A DNA stretch of 64,000 nucleotides from Microcoleus sp. (lineage in GTDB: Bacteria; Cyanobacteriota; Cyanobacteriia; Cyanobacteriales; Microcoleaceae): the NCBI GenBank assembly GCA_042408215.1, contig JAYFMW010000030.1, positions 288,001 to 352,000 on the forward strand. Direction: 5' to 3'. A program made the translations under genes and the position numbers. The notes under the pieces were generated by a model. That model was given only the letters and a program-made list of their open reading frames with translations. It had not been told where the DNA came from and made no database searches. This document shows positions 41,980 to 51,924 of this stretch, one piece after another; positions within the stretch are counted from its first letter, which is position 1, and every line of letters begins with the position of its first letter.

Positions 41980-43197
41980 CTAATTAACGTCCGTCACCCG
42001 CCAGCTCAGCTTCAGATTGATCCAGAAATTCCACAGAGTCACGGCTGCGATCGCAATCAACTTAGCCAAATATTCATTCATCCCAAAAACATTAAACAGC
42101 AAATTAACCAGCAGCACATTCAAAATCAAACCCATCAAGCAGATAGTATTAAATTTCAAGAGCCGTTTCAAGCGCTGGCGTTTCCCTGGCTGCCGCTTAG
42201 AAATATCCCCAAAAGTCCACAAATCGTTCCACAAAAAATTACTGATAATTGCTACTTCAGAAGAAACGATCGCACTGCGAGTCAGCGCGAAACCGAGGAC
42301 AGTCCGCAATACATAAAAAACCCCCAGATCCACAAATACCCCGCTGAAACCCACCGCGCCAAAGCGCAGAAATCGACCCATCGGCCAGCGGGCCAACCGC
42401 AACCTCAGCAAATGCCACAAATACTCAATATACTGTTTCCAGGTAACTTTGCTCTCCCCTTCAAGGCGCTCCTGAAACACGTAACCAACTTCTCCAATCC
42501 AGCGTATGTCGCCTCTGCCGAGCACTTCAATCAAAATTTTGTAACCGGTCGGATTCATCGTTTTGCCAGCAATACAACTGCGGCGTACCATAAAATAGCC
42601 GCTCATCGGGTCCGAAACTCGGCCCACGACTCCCGGTAGTATAATTAATCCCACAATCTGAGCTCCCCGCGATAAAAATCGCCTGACAAAGCTCCAGTCG
42701 CTCACACCTCCGTCGGCAACGTGGCGGCTAGCAGCGGCTAAATCGGCTCCCCGCTTAATTTCTGCTAAAAGCTGCAACAGCGTCTCTGGGGGATGTTGCA
42801 AGTCGGCATCAATGACGCCCAAAACCTCGCCCCGCGCTACTTGCCACCCCCGAATCACGGCTGTAGAAAGTCCCCGCTCCTGCTCGCGCCGCATCACCCG
42901 CAATTGGGGATAGTCGGGTGTTAAGGACAGGGCTACTTCCCAGGTGCGATCGGGGCTGTCGTCATCAACTACAATCAGTTCGTAGTGACCGGGAATAGTG
43001 CCATCGAGCAATTGGCTCAATTTTTCCACAATAATCTTGACATTTTTGCACTCGTTGTAGGTGGGAATTATTAGGGAAAAATAAATGGGGGATGCGCCTG
43101 CGTCTGTAGCAGAAGTTGAAGCTACAGTCGGTGCAGCCGGAATTTGTAAAGGGTTTGACGGCACTGGTACGAGGTGATTTGGTTGGTTGAGGCTCAT
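41980..43197 (-). CDS. GT2 polyprenol-phosphate glycosyltransferase fused to GtrA domain
   Basis: IIPTYNE, VVDDDSPDRT, DADLQHPP, DPMSG, GESK, C-terminal GtrA-like TM bundle. Confidence 0.92.
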   Translation of the reverse strand: MSLNQPNHLVPVPSNPLQIPAAPTVASTSATDAGASPIYFSLIIPTYNECKNVKIIVEKLSQLLDGTIPGHYELIVVDDDSPDRTWEVALSLTPDYPQLRVMRREQERGLSTAVIRGWQVARGEVLGVIDADLQHPPETLLQLLAEIKRGADLAAASRHVADGGVSDWSFVRRFLSRGAQIVGLIILPGVVGRVSDPMSGYFMVRRSCIAGKTMNPTGYKILIEVLGRGDIRWIGEVGYVFQERLEGESKVTWKQYIEYLWHLLRLRLARWPMGRFLRFGAVGFSGVFVDLGVFYVLRTVLGFALTRSAIVSSEVAIISNFLWNDLWTFGDISKRQPGKRQRLKRLLKFNTICLMGLILNVLLVNLLFNVFGMNEYLAKLIAIAAVTLWNFWINLKLSWRVTDVN

Positions 43198-43339
43198 AGT
43201 TCCAGTTTTCCGAAAGTAAAATATATTTTGTTATGATTTTAGACTTGAGAAGATGTTTCATCCAGAGTTGATTTGTTAAGATATAAAAACGCCTTTAATT
43301 CTAGGTAGTGATTCTGTAATTGAACCGGAAAATAAAACT

Positions 43340-44503
43340 GTGGATGCAATTCTCGATCGAGCTTTACAAGGATACAACATCTCAACCGCAGATGCGTTGG
43401 TACTTTTGCAACAAAAAGAGCCAAATGCGATCGCCTCTATTCAAACAACCGCTGACTTGCTTCGTCGCCGACAATCTGGGGATACTGTCACCTATGCGAT
43501 CAACCACAATATTAACTTCACCAATATTTGTGAGCAGCATTGCAGTTTTTGTGCATTCCGCCGTGACGAGGGAGATCGGGGCGCTTTTTGGTTAAACGCA
43601 GACCAAATTCTCGAAAAAGCAACTGATGCAGTGCAGCGGGGTGCAACGGAAATTTGTATGCAGGGGGGATTACATCTTAAAGCTAAGTTAAATGGAACAT
43701 CCTTGGCTTATTATCTGCAATTAGTAAAAACTATTAAGGATAAGTTTCCTCAGTTACACTTGCACGCTTTTTCGCCCCAAGAAATACAATTCATTGCTAG
43801 GGAAGACGGCGTTAGTTTCAGCTATGTAATTTCTGCTTTGCGGGATGCGGGAGTCGGTTCGATGCCGGGAACCGCGGCGGAAGTTCTCGACGATGCGGTA
43901 CGACGGATTATTTGCCCGGAAAAAATAGATGCGGCAACTTGGCTGGAAATTGTCGGTACGGCTCACAGTTTGGGATTGCCGACAACGAGTACAATGCTTT
44001 GTGGGCATATTGAAACGGCCCAACAGCAGGTTTTGCATTTAGAAAAAGTGCGATCGCTCCAACAAAGTGCCATCGACAAAAACTATCCAGCGCGCATTAC
44101 AGAATTTATTTTACTACCATTTGTCGGACAATCAGCACCGGCACCTTTACGGAGTCGAGTCGGCCGCGACCAACCTATTTTAGCAGATACATTGTTACTC
44201 ACCGCAGTATCGAGAATCTTCTTGGGAAATGTGATTCCCAATCACCAACCGAGTTGGGTAAAATTAGGTTTAGCAGGAGCTACAGAAGCGCTGAAATGGG
44301 GCTGCAACGACATCGGCGGCACTTTGATGGAAGAGCACATTACTACAATGGCCGGTGCAGTTGGCGGCGGTTGTCAATCTGTCGAAGATTTGCAAAATGC
44401 GATTAGTTCTTTGGGGCGGAGTTATCAGCAAAGAGATACAATTTATCGACCTTTAGGGGTTGACAATTTGGCAGAAATAGGTGTTAAACTGTCCCGCATC
44501 TAA
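43340..44503 (+). CDS. cofH: FO synthase subunit CofH (radical SAM)
   Basis: [35 protein letters not shown]. Confidence 0.92.
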   Translation: MDAILDRALQGYNISTADALVLLQQKEPNAIASIQTTADLLRRRQSGDTVTYAINHNINFTNICEQHCSFCAFRRDEGDRGAFWLNADQILEKATDAVQRGATEICMQGGLHLKAKLNGTSLAYYLQLVKTIKDKFPQLHLHAFSPQEIQFIAREDGVSFSYVISALRDAGVGSMPGTAAEVLDDAVRRIICPEKIDAATWLEIVGTAHSLGLPTTSTMLCGHIETAQQQVLHLEKVRSLQQSAIDKNYPARITEFILLPFVGQSAPAPLRSRVGRDQPILADTLLLTAVSRIFLGNVIPNHQPSWVKLGLAGATEALKWGCNDIGGTLMEEHITTMAGAVGGGCQSVEDLQNAISSLGRSYQQRDTIYRPLGVDNLAEIGVKLSRI

Positions 44504-44679
44504 ATTATATTTTTCGTCCCGCCCACCCCACAAGAATTTTATCAAAATAATTGCGATCGCACTTTTGACTCAGTTGCTAAAGTGCGATCGCTTCTCTAAA
44601 AAAACTGTAAATAAAAGAGTTAACCTTTTCAGATAAAATAGAATCAGATAATCTAGCAACTAGAGAGTTGTAAATAGCT

Positions 44680-45051
44680 ATGACAGACGATGTGATATGG
44701 GTTGTGACGGATAGCGCTCCTTTGGTCGCCGTTCCGTCTGGCAGTAGGGATGGGCAGCGGAGAAACCCATTTGATGACGAAGTGGAACAGACTGAGAATT
44801 CTAGCAGACGGGCTGTTCCCGTGAAAGTGGACAAACTAGAAGCAGGGGTAACTGAGTTCCTGCAACTGGTTGGGCGCGTATTTAGCCGTGCTAAGCAGGC
44901 AGCCGGAGATTTGCCGGGAATGGAATTAGATGAAATTGAACTATCGGTAGAAGTTAATGGCGAAGGGAAATTGAGCTTGCTGGGCAGCGGTGGCAAAGTG
45001 GGTGGAAAGGGTGCGATAACGCTGAAGTTTAAAACAGAAAAAACTAATTAA
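44680..45051 (+). CDS. Pepco/Trypco-like peptidase co-occurring small protein
   Basis: MELDEIELSVEVNGEGKLSLLGSGGKVGGKGAITLKF signature; 14 nt upstream of a caspase gene. Confidence 0.75.
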   Translation: MTDDVIWVVTDSAPLVAVPSGSRDGQRRNPFDDEVEQTENSSRRAVPVKVDKLEAGVTEFLQLVGRVFSRAKQAAGDLPGMELDEIELSVEVNGEGKLSLLGSGGKVGGKGAITLKFKTEKTN

Positions 45052-45065
45052 AACAGTACGGCGAG

Positions 45066-47360
45066 ATGTCAAAAAATTTGGCGATCGTTATTGGGATCAA
45101 TAACTACAACCCCAACAACTTATCATCTCTGAAGTATGCCAAGCAAGATGCAGAATCCGTGCGAGATTTCTTTCTGCGCGAGGCAAAGTTTGATAAAGTC
45201 TGTTTTTTTTCAGATGATTCGGCGGACTTTCTATGGAAGGGCAATACAATTCCTAATCAGCCAACTTATGGCAACCTGATTTCTTTTTTGCACGATGGCT
45301 TTGAAACTAAACCGTTTCTGTCTGCTGGGGACAACTGTTGGTTTTTTTTTGCAGGACACGGGAAGCAACACGTCAACCAGGATTACTTGATGCCACAGGA
45401 TGCCAATCCGAGATCGATCCAGCGGACAGCAATTCCGGTAAACTACGTGCGAGAACGGCTCAGCCGATCGGGTGCAGACAATGTAATTCTAATTCTGGAT
45501 GCTTGTCGCACAGACGGAAGTCGCGGTGCTGCTGGAATTGGTGGTGAGTCGCAGCAGGGTGCGATCGTCATTTCTTCGTGCAGTCCGACACAAACAGCTT
45601 GGGAGATTGACGAACTGCAACATGGAGCTTTTACCTATGCACTTTTAGAAGGGTTGCGAATGCGCGGAGAACTCAACTGTGCCACGGTAGAAAGGCTCGA
45701 TTTACATCTGCGTCGCCGTGTTCCAGAACTGTGCGAGAAGTATGGCAAGTACCCCAAACAAAATCCCCGCACTGCTGTAGATCCGGCTGACAAGCGCTAC
45801 TTGCTCCTGATGCCTCAGCACGCAACGGAGACGGATATCAACACGCTCAAAATGAAAGCTTATCGATCCATGAATTATGATTTGGATGCAGCCGAACAGT
45901 TGTGGATTCGAGTGAATGCGGCTGCACAGGGTCGAGATATGGAGGCGCTTGAGGCTTTTCAAAAGATTGGTCAAATGAAGGCAGCGCATTCAGTTTCACC
46001 ATCTGTGCTGTCGCCAAATAGTTCCAACTCCGGCAGCAGAACATCCTTACCATCCGAGGTACAACCTGTCAGTTCGGTGCGATCCTCTCCTGTTCCTAGC
46101 AGGAAATTACGTGCATCTGCAACAGGAGTAGAAGTAGCTAAATCTGCTTTGAAACAAAAAAGATTGAGCCAAAAAGCCCTTGCTCAAAATTGCGGTCTCA
46201 CTCAATCAACAATTTCTCGATTCCTGAAACAAGAGCTAATTGATTGTGAAACATTTGAAATTATCTGCAAAGCTTTAGAGCTACCGCCAGAAGCTATTCT
46301 ATTAGGACTTACGCATGGGGGTTCAGAAACCGGGTTTTTTTACGAAAATACTTTGTTGCAGTCCGCAGATTCGGTAACACATTCGACTTCGCTCAGTGCT
46401 TTGGTCGGAATGCGTAAGTCCTGTCTATATAATCTTGCTGCTATTCCATCTATCTCCAATAACAAACAAATTAAATCCTCTGAAAATTTACCTTCTCCTG
46501 CTACTACCCACACTTTTGAGTTTGAGGTAATCTCGATCGATCAAAAAGGACAAACAATAGATCGTCGTCATCAAATAGCAGAACACCGCATAGAAAAACT
46601 TAGCAATGAGATTGCATTAGAAACTGTGTTGATACCGGGCGGTACTTTTCTGATGGGTTCGTCGGAAACTGAGTCAGGAAGAATGAACAACGAAAAGCCT
46701 CAACATTCAGTAACCATCCAACCTTTTCTAATAGGCAAATACCCTATTACCCAGGCACAGTGGAAAGCGGTTGCTGCTTTTGACAAAGTGAATCGAGATA
46801 TTGAACTCGAACCGTCCCACTTCAAAGGTGCAGATCGGCCTGTGGAACAAGTTTCTTGGTACGATGCTGTTGAATTTTGCGATCGCCTTTCCCAAAAAAC
46901 AGGACGCGAGTATCGTCTCCCAACAGAAGCAGAATGGGAATACGCCTGTCGCGCTGGAACTACAACCCCTTTTCATTTTGGAGAAACTATTACCCCCGAT
47001 GTGGCAAACTATGACTGCAACTACAGCTATAAGTCTGGGCCAAAAGCGAAAGGAAGCTATCGAAAGCAAACAAATACTGTCAAAAATTTTGCATTTTCCA
47101 ATGCTTTCGGATTGTTTGATATGCACGGCAACGTTTGGGAGTGGTGCTTAGATTATTGGCATGAAAGCTATCACGAAGCACCCACAAATGGAAGTGCATG
47201 GTTGACTAACAGTAACAATAATTCGCGGGTGTTACGAGGCGGATCTTGGTTAAATGCTCCGACAGATTGCCGATCGGCTCATCGTTACAACTGGGATTCA
47301 GGCGATCGAGTCAAGCGCTTTGGTTTTCGGATAGTTTGTCCTATTGTGTGGACTCCATAG
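45066..47360 (+). CDS. Caspase-like (C14) peptidase - XRE-type HTH - FGE-sulfatase/CLec fusion
   Basis: AIVIGINNY, FAGHG and LDACR dyad; SQKALAQNCGLTQSTISRF HTH; FLMGS, RLPTEAEWEYACRAG, DMHGNVWEW, RGGSW, GFRIV. Confidence 0.92.
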   Translation: MSKNLAIVIGINNYNPNNLSSLKYAKQDAESVRDFFLREAKFDKVCFFSDDSADFLWKGNTIPNQPTYGNLISFLHDGFETKPFLSAGDNCWFFFAGHGKQHVNQDYLMPQDANPRSIQRTAIPVNYVRERLSRSGADNVILILDACRTDGSRGAAGIGGESQQGAIVISSCSPTQTAWEIDELQHGAFTYALLEGLRMRGELNCATVERLDLHLRRRVPELCEKYGKYPKQNPRTAVDPADKRYLLLMPQHATETDINTLKMKAYRSMNYDLDAAEQLWIRVNAAAQGRDMEALEAFQKIGQMKAAHSVSPSVLSPNSSNSGSRTSLPSEVQPVSSVRSSPVPSRKLRASATGVEVAKSALKQKRLSQKALAQNCGLTQSTISRFLKQELIDCETFEIICKALELPPEAILLGLTHGGSETGFFYENTLLQSADSVTHSTSLSALVGMRKSCLYNLAAIPSISNNKQIKSSENLPSPATTHTFEFEVISIDQKGQTIDRRHQIAEHRIEKLSNEIALETVLIPGGTFLMGSSETESGRMNNEKPQHSVTIQPFLIGKYPITQAQWKAVAAFDKVNRDIELEPSHFKGADRPVEQVSWYDAVEFCDRLSQKTGREYRLPTEAEWEYACRAGTTTPFHFGETITPDVANYDCNYSYKSGPKAKGSYRKQTNTVKNFAFSNAFGLFDMHGNVWEWCLDYWHESYHEAPTNGSAWLTNSNNNSRVLRGGSWLNAPTDCRSAHRYNWDSGDRVKRFGFRIVCPIVWTP
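46303..46423. mobile_element. MITE (TAGGACTTACGCA TIR) inserted in frame in the caspase-FGE gene
   Basis: 121 bp plus TCTAT duplication (46298-46302, 46424-46428) = 126 bp, no stop in frame. Confidence 0.85.
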
Positions 47361-47372
47361 CCTTTGAATTGC

Positions 47373-48755
47373 TTATTCATCTGCTTCGGACTCTTCTTCC
47401 TCCTCATCCCATGTCGGTGTATAAGTTGGGTTTGGAGGCTGAGTTTCACCTAATTCTATAGCTAGCGTTTTGCGATACTGTTCTGCTTCAGCAACCTTGG
47501 TAAATTTAATTTCAGCTTTTTTTACAGTTTTAGTTTCTTCTGCAATTTTTTCAACTGCCGAAGAGATTTCATCTAATGTCACCTTAAAAAACTCCTTGCG
47601 CTCGTTAACTTTGTTGACGCTTTTATCTCGAAAATATTGATGCAATAAATTCTCTGTTTCTGGAACATTTTCCGAAAAAATCATTGCATGAATATCAAAG
47701 GGAAAGGGCACAGATGCTCCACTTAGTTCTTTAATGCGCTCCTCTGGTTCAATTCTTCGCGTCATCCCAATCTTATAAACATTATCTCCGAAAGAACCAA
47801 CATTTGAAATGATGTAGACATATCCTGATTTTGTCATCTGAGCGCGAGAAATCGCATTTCTTTGCTTGGCAAGAGCCTCTTCAAGTTGTAGATTCATTTG
47901 TTGCAACTTAAGTTCTAATTGTTCTCTCTGTTGACCTGTAGCTTGTTCGACCTCTCGGCGAGCTTTTTCTAAAGCTTGTTCTCTAATTTTTACTTCTTGT
48001 TCCGAATCTTTTCTGGCTTTTTCTATCTCCCGGCGCTCTCTTTCTTCTTCGCGCATTTGCTCTCTGATTCTCCGCTGTTCTTCAGCTTCCTCCTGTTTTT
48101 TCTCCAGAAACTCGTGAGTCAAATATAGTTCTTCTAGTTTTAGAGAACGATAACTAGGCACGATCGCACAGCGATTAGTTTCTGATAGCTTATTCAAAGT
48201 TTCAAAAGCTTTGTTGATCCTGGTTTCTAATTTAATGGCATTGTTATATTTAACTTGAAGCATTGCAGCATCGCACTCGCCATTAAATGCTCTCAGTATT
48301 AGCGTCAGAAAGTCATCGGTCATTTTTTTGCCTTTTTTCTTGCTTCCCTCTACTTCCCACGGTACATGACAGATGGCCGCCGTCTTATCTTTCAGCATTT
48401 TACTTTGTTGGCTTCTAATATGGTCAAGTCGGCGCTTGTATTCTTCAGAACTGCCAAAGTTATACTTGGATTTATAAAATCCGAAAGATTGAACTGATTC
48501 TGATTCTTCTACCTCACTGAGTTTCTGCTGGAGGTTTCTAATTTTAGCATTTAGTTTTGCTTGTTCGCTTGCAAGTTGGTCGAGTTCCCCTTGTTTGAGA
48601 TTTATGTTAGAATCTAATTGCTTTTCAAAGTCTTCTTTGGAAAAGAGTGAATCATATTTACGTAAAAGCTTTTTATGTTTTGCTAGTTTCAGTTGCGTGT
48701 ATGTCAAGGCGGCTGCTAGAACTAATGCTGATAATCCGAGGAGTGTTGACAACAT
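47373..48755 (-). CDS. TM + DUF4041 + T5orf172/GIY-YIG nuclease-like protein (PD-lambda-1/SNIPE-like architecture)
   Basis: N-terminal TM, LRAFNGECD, KLEELYL, coiled coil, GYVYIISNVGSFG..YKIGMTRR, VPFPFDIHA, RKEFF. Confidence 0.88.
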   Translation of the reverse strand: MLSTLLGLSALVLAAALTYTQLKLAKHKKLLRKYDSLFSKEDFEKQLDSNINLKQGELDQLASEQAKLNAKIRNLQQKLSEVEESESVQSFGFYKSKYNFGSSEEYKRRLDHIRSQQSKMLKDKTAAICHVPWEVEGSKKKGKKMTDDFLTLILRAFNGECDAAMLQVKYNNAIKLETRINKAFETLNKLSETNRCAIVPSYRSLKLEELYLTHEFLEKKQEEAEEQRRIREQMREEERERREIEKARKDSEQEVKIREQALEKARREVEQATGQQREQLELKLQQMNLQLEEALAKQRNAISRAQMTKSGYVYIISNVGSFGDNVYKIGMTRRIEPEERIKELSGASVPFPFDIHAMIFSENVPETENLLHQYFRDKSVNKVNERKEFFKVTLDEISSAVEKIAEETKTVKKAEIKFTKVAEAEQYRKTLAIELGETQPPNPTYTPTWDEEEEESEADE

Positions 48756-48866
48756 ATGAATCTGCCTTTCTAAGTGAATACGTCTTAATATAACTGTAAG
48801 CTTGTGAATCAGCCAAGTTTCCGGAAATTTAACCCGATCGCCCGCGATCGCATATTCATCCGCACC

Positions 48867-48996
48867 AAGTCCGGCAGGGGTTTCAACCCCTGCCTCAAAG
48901 CGAAAGTCCTCGCTTCAGAGGACTAATGAGTTCTTCAGTCCTATACGCGAGGACTTTCGCTAAAAGCCCCGTGGAATTAATTCCCTGGCGGACTTT
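48867..48996. repeat. Nested palindromic intergenic repeat
   Basis: AAGTCCG...CGGACTT outer arms, GCGAAAGTCCTCGC...GCGAGGACTTTCGC inner arms. Confidence 0.7.
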
Positions 48997-49017
48997 CGGT
49001 TTAAGCGAGACATCATA

Positions 49018-50256
49018 TTAAACCTTAAACTTCTCCACAATCCGTCTCATCGCCTCCTCCACATTCTCCCGACTATTAAACGCCGAAATGCGGAAATAAC
49101 CCTCACCCGCCGCACCGAAACCAGAGCCCGGTGTTCCCACCACATTGCAAGTTTCCAGCAACTTCTGAAAGAAATCCCAACTCGACAAACCATGAGGCGT
49201 TTTCACCCACACATAGGGCGCATTTTCGCCACCAAAAACCTCGATTCCCGCCGCTGTCAATTTCTCGCGAATAATCGCAGCATTTTCCATGTAAAAATTG
49301 ACTAATGCCTGAATTTGTGCTTTGCCAGCCTCGGAATAAACAGCCTCTGCACCGCGCTGCACTATGTAAGAAACGCCGTTAAATTTAGTAGATTGACGGC
49401 GATTCCATAACTTCCAAATTTCGACATCGGAACCATCTGCTGCTTTTCCAGTCAAAGTCTTCGGTACAACTGTTAACGCACAGCGAGTACCGGTGAAACC
49501 GGCATTCTTGGAGAATGAACGAAATTCGATCGCACAATCCCGCGCACCCTCAATTTCGTAAATAGAATGCGGCAAATTCGGATCGGAAATATACGCTTCG
49601 TAAGCCGCATCGAAGAAAATAATCGAACCGTTAGCTTTAGCATAATTTACCCAAGCTTCCAAGTGTTCCTTGGTTGCAGTTGCTCCCGTCGGATTGTTGG
49701 GAAAACACAGGTAAATTAAATCGACTTTTTTGTCTGTGGGAATTTGGGCTGTAAAATTGTTTTCTGCTGTAATTGGCAGGTAAACTAAGCCGCCATATTC
49801 GCCTTGTTCGTTCGCATCTCCCGTGTGTCCAGCCATCACGTTCGTGTCTACATATACCGGATAAACTGGATCGGTAACTGCGATCGTGTTATTGTTTCCA
49901 AAGATATCCAGAATATTGCCACAATCGCACTTAGAACCATCAGAAATAAAGATTTCCGAAGCATCCACATCGCATCCCCGCGACTTGAAGTCGTGCTCGG
50001 CAATTTTCTCTCTCAGCCAGTCATAACCTTGTTCCGGGCCGTATCCTTTGAATGTATCCCGCGATCCCATTTCCTCTACCGCCGCCACCATCGCGAGGCG
50101 ACAAGCTTCGGGTAGGGGCTCTGTGACGTCGCCAATCCCTAGCCGGATGATGGGTGCATCGGGATTCGCGTCTGCAAAGGCTTTCACCCTGCGCCCAATT
50201 TCGGGAAACAGGTAGCCGGCTTTGAGTTTGAGGTAGTTGTCGTTGATAGTTGCCAT
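49018..50256 (-). CDS. dapL: LL-diaminopimelate aminotransferase
   Basis: [38 protein letters not shown]. Confidence 0.97.
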   Translation of the reverse strand: MATINDNYLKLKAGYLFPEIGRRVKAFADANPDAPIIRLGIGDVTEPLPEACRLAMVAAVEEMGSRDTFKGYGPEQGYDWLREKIAEHDFKSRGCDVDASEIFISDGSKCDCGNILDIFGNNNTIAVTDPVYPVYVDTNVMAGHTGDANEQGEYGGLVYLPITAENNFTAQIPTDKKVDLIYLCFPNNPTGATATKEHLEAWVNYAKANGSIIFFDAAYEAYISDPNLPHSIYEIEGARDCAIEFRSFSKNAGFTGTRCALTVVPKTLTGKAADGSDVEIWKLWNRRQSTKFNGVSYIVQRGAEAVYSEAGKAQIQALVNFYMENAAIIREKLTAAGIEVFGGENAPYVWVKTPHGLSSWDFFQKLLETCNVVGTPGSGFGAAGEGYFRISAFNSRENVEEAMRRIVEKFKV

Positions 50257-50303
50257 TTTTGCGATCGTTTGAGAGTCGTAGAATAGCTTACTGCTAATTG
50301 GTA

Positions 50304-50560
50304 GTTGACTGTTAACTGTTGACTGTTGGCTGTTAACTGTTGACTGTTGACTGTTGACTGTTGACTGTTGGCTGTTGACTGTTGGCTGTTGACTGTTGAC
50401 TGTTGACTGTTGACTGTTGACTGTTAACTGTTGACTGTTAACTGTTGACTGTTGACTGTTGACTGTTGGCTGTTAACTGTTGACTGTTGACTGTTGGCTG
50501 TTGTCATTACCAATTCCCCATTACCAATTCCCAATTCCCAATTCTCCAATCTCAAATCTC
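50304..50560. repeat. (GTTGACT)n and (AATTCCC)n STRR tracts
   Basis: Tandem heptamers seen directly. Confidence 0.92.
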
Positions 50561-50575
50561 AAATCGATCCGACCA

Positions 50576-50605
50576 TTGACAAAAAAATCAACCACCTTGT
50601 ATAAT
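50576..50605 (+). promoter_or_regulatory. Consensus sigma70-type promoter
   Basis: TTGACA-18 bp-TATAAT upstream of ORF 50634. Confidence 0.55.
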
Positions 50606-50633
50606 TAGAATAGTGTGCAGCGCAGAAACAATT

Positions 50634-51722
50634 ATGGACGAGATAGAGTATGCCAGAGTCTATCAAGAACTGGCCGCAATTCTCAATGAATTTAATTTGG
50701 GTTGGGTCGCTCAACAGGTAGCCGATACAGTAGAGATTGGCAAAACCATTGAAGAGCGATCGCCCAAAAGAAAAACACCCCTGCTCAAGATAGAAGATTA
50801 TATCGCAAAAGAACAACTTTTGCTGTTAATTGATGCCATAGAACAAGCGACGGTCAATACTTCCGAAATGGAAGACGAAATTGCTTATTTCTTAAAAGTA
50901 GAATCAGAAACCTCTCCCCTCGGCACAAAAATTACATTTGCCTCATCAGGTGCTGAAGTAGCCAAAACAATCGATTTTGCCTCTCATCTTACAGCCCCAC
51001 GCAACAAACAGGCGATCGCCCTCAAAGACTTGCTCGAAAAACTGCCATCAGAGCCTCGCAACTACCTCACCAATTCCGAGATTAAAAGTAAACTAACTAG
51101 CTCGATCAATCCCGATTTCAACGGAGTTACCGAACAAGCAAACATCTTTGATGTTTACCTGTTCACTATACTTTTAAAAGCCATTGCCAATGAAGGAGCC
51201 ACCATATATTATAACAATATTTTAGACGAAACACCGAAATATTTAACATTTAGAAAAACAGCGGGGAAAATTCACGGTACTGCACATCCATATACTTACG
51301 CGGTAGTGGAATTTGCCGACAAACCACCCCTCGAAGTTCATCTCGGAGTGAAAGTCCAAGGTAGAGCCGGAGTTCTACATAACTGCAACATCTTAATTTT
51401 GTACCAAAAAGAAGCGAATATGTGCCGTTTGCTCAACCGGGAACCCCGGCATTCGCAAGTCATTTTAGCAGTAAAATCTCAGCACAGTACCTCGGAACTT
51501 AAACTAGAAATGGCCGGTGCTTTTATCGGATTAGCGTCAGACATTCGCTACGAAGGTGGCAGCTATTTCATTTCCAACAGTTCCTCAGAACCAGTCGCCA
51601 AACTGCTGACAATGGCCCGCAAAAAATGGGAACATAAGATATTTCCTAGAGCCACAAACGATGTGAATCGATTGATGTACTCATTTCAAACTATCTTTAA
51701 AGACTTTAAGGCGAGAAACTAA
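50634..51722 (+). CDS. Hypothetical protein; C-terminal half resembles a degenerate restriction-endonuclease-like fold
   Basis: Long ORF with consensus promoter; VQGRAGVLHNCNILI...LAVKSQ pattern. Confidence 0.7.
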   Translation: MDEIEYARVYQELAAILNEFNLGWVAQQVADTVEIGKTIEERSPKRKTPLLKIEDYIAKEQLLLLIDAIEQATVNTSEMEDEIAYFLKVESETSPLGTKITFASSGAEVAKTIDFASHLTAPRNKQAIALKDLLEKLPSEPRNYLTNSEIKSKLTSSINPDFNGVTEQANIFDVYLFTILLKAIANEGATIYYNNILDETPKYLTFRKTAGKIHGTAHPYTYAVVEFADKPPLEVHLGVKVQGRAGVLHNCNILILYQKEANMCRLLNREPRHSQVILAVKSQHSTSELKLEMAGAFIGLASDIRYEGGSYFISNSSSEPVAKLLTMARKKWEHKIFPRATNDVNRLMYSFQTIFKDFKARN

Positions 51723-51924
51723 AATAAGGGAATGGGGAATGGGGCATTGGGCATTGGGCATGGGGCATAGTTAGTGGTTACTTGTTAGTGGTTTTTTTAA
51801 TATCAAATAACAAATAACAAATTACAAATTACAAATGCCCAATGCCCAATGCCCAATGCCCAATGCCCAATGCCCAATGCCCAATATAATCTATCATGTT
51901 GCGAGCAACCTAACCTGACGAATA

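Noticed and set aside
46620..47360. Active formylglycine-generating enzyme
   Set aside because: No CxxxxC catalytic pair after RGGSW; best read as a binding fold.
45066..48755. Complete diversity-generating retroelement
   Set aside because: No reverse transcriptase, Avd or template repeat recognised in the window.
44553..48851. HIP1 sites at both islet borders as integration scars
   Set aside because: HIP1 is too frequent in this genome for the coincidence to be informative.
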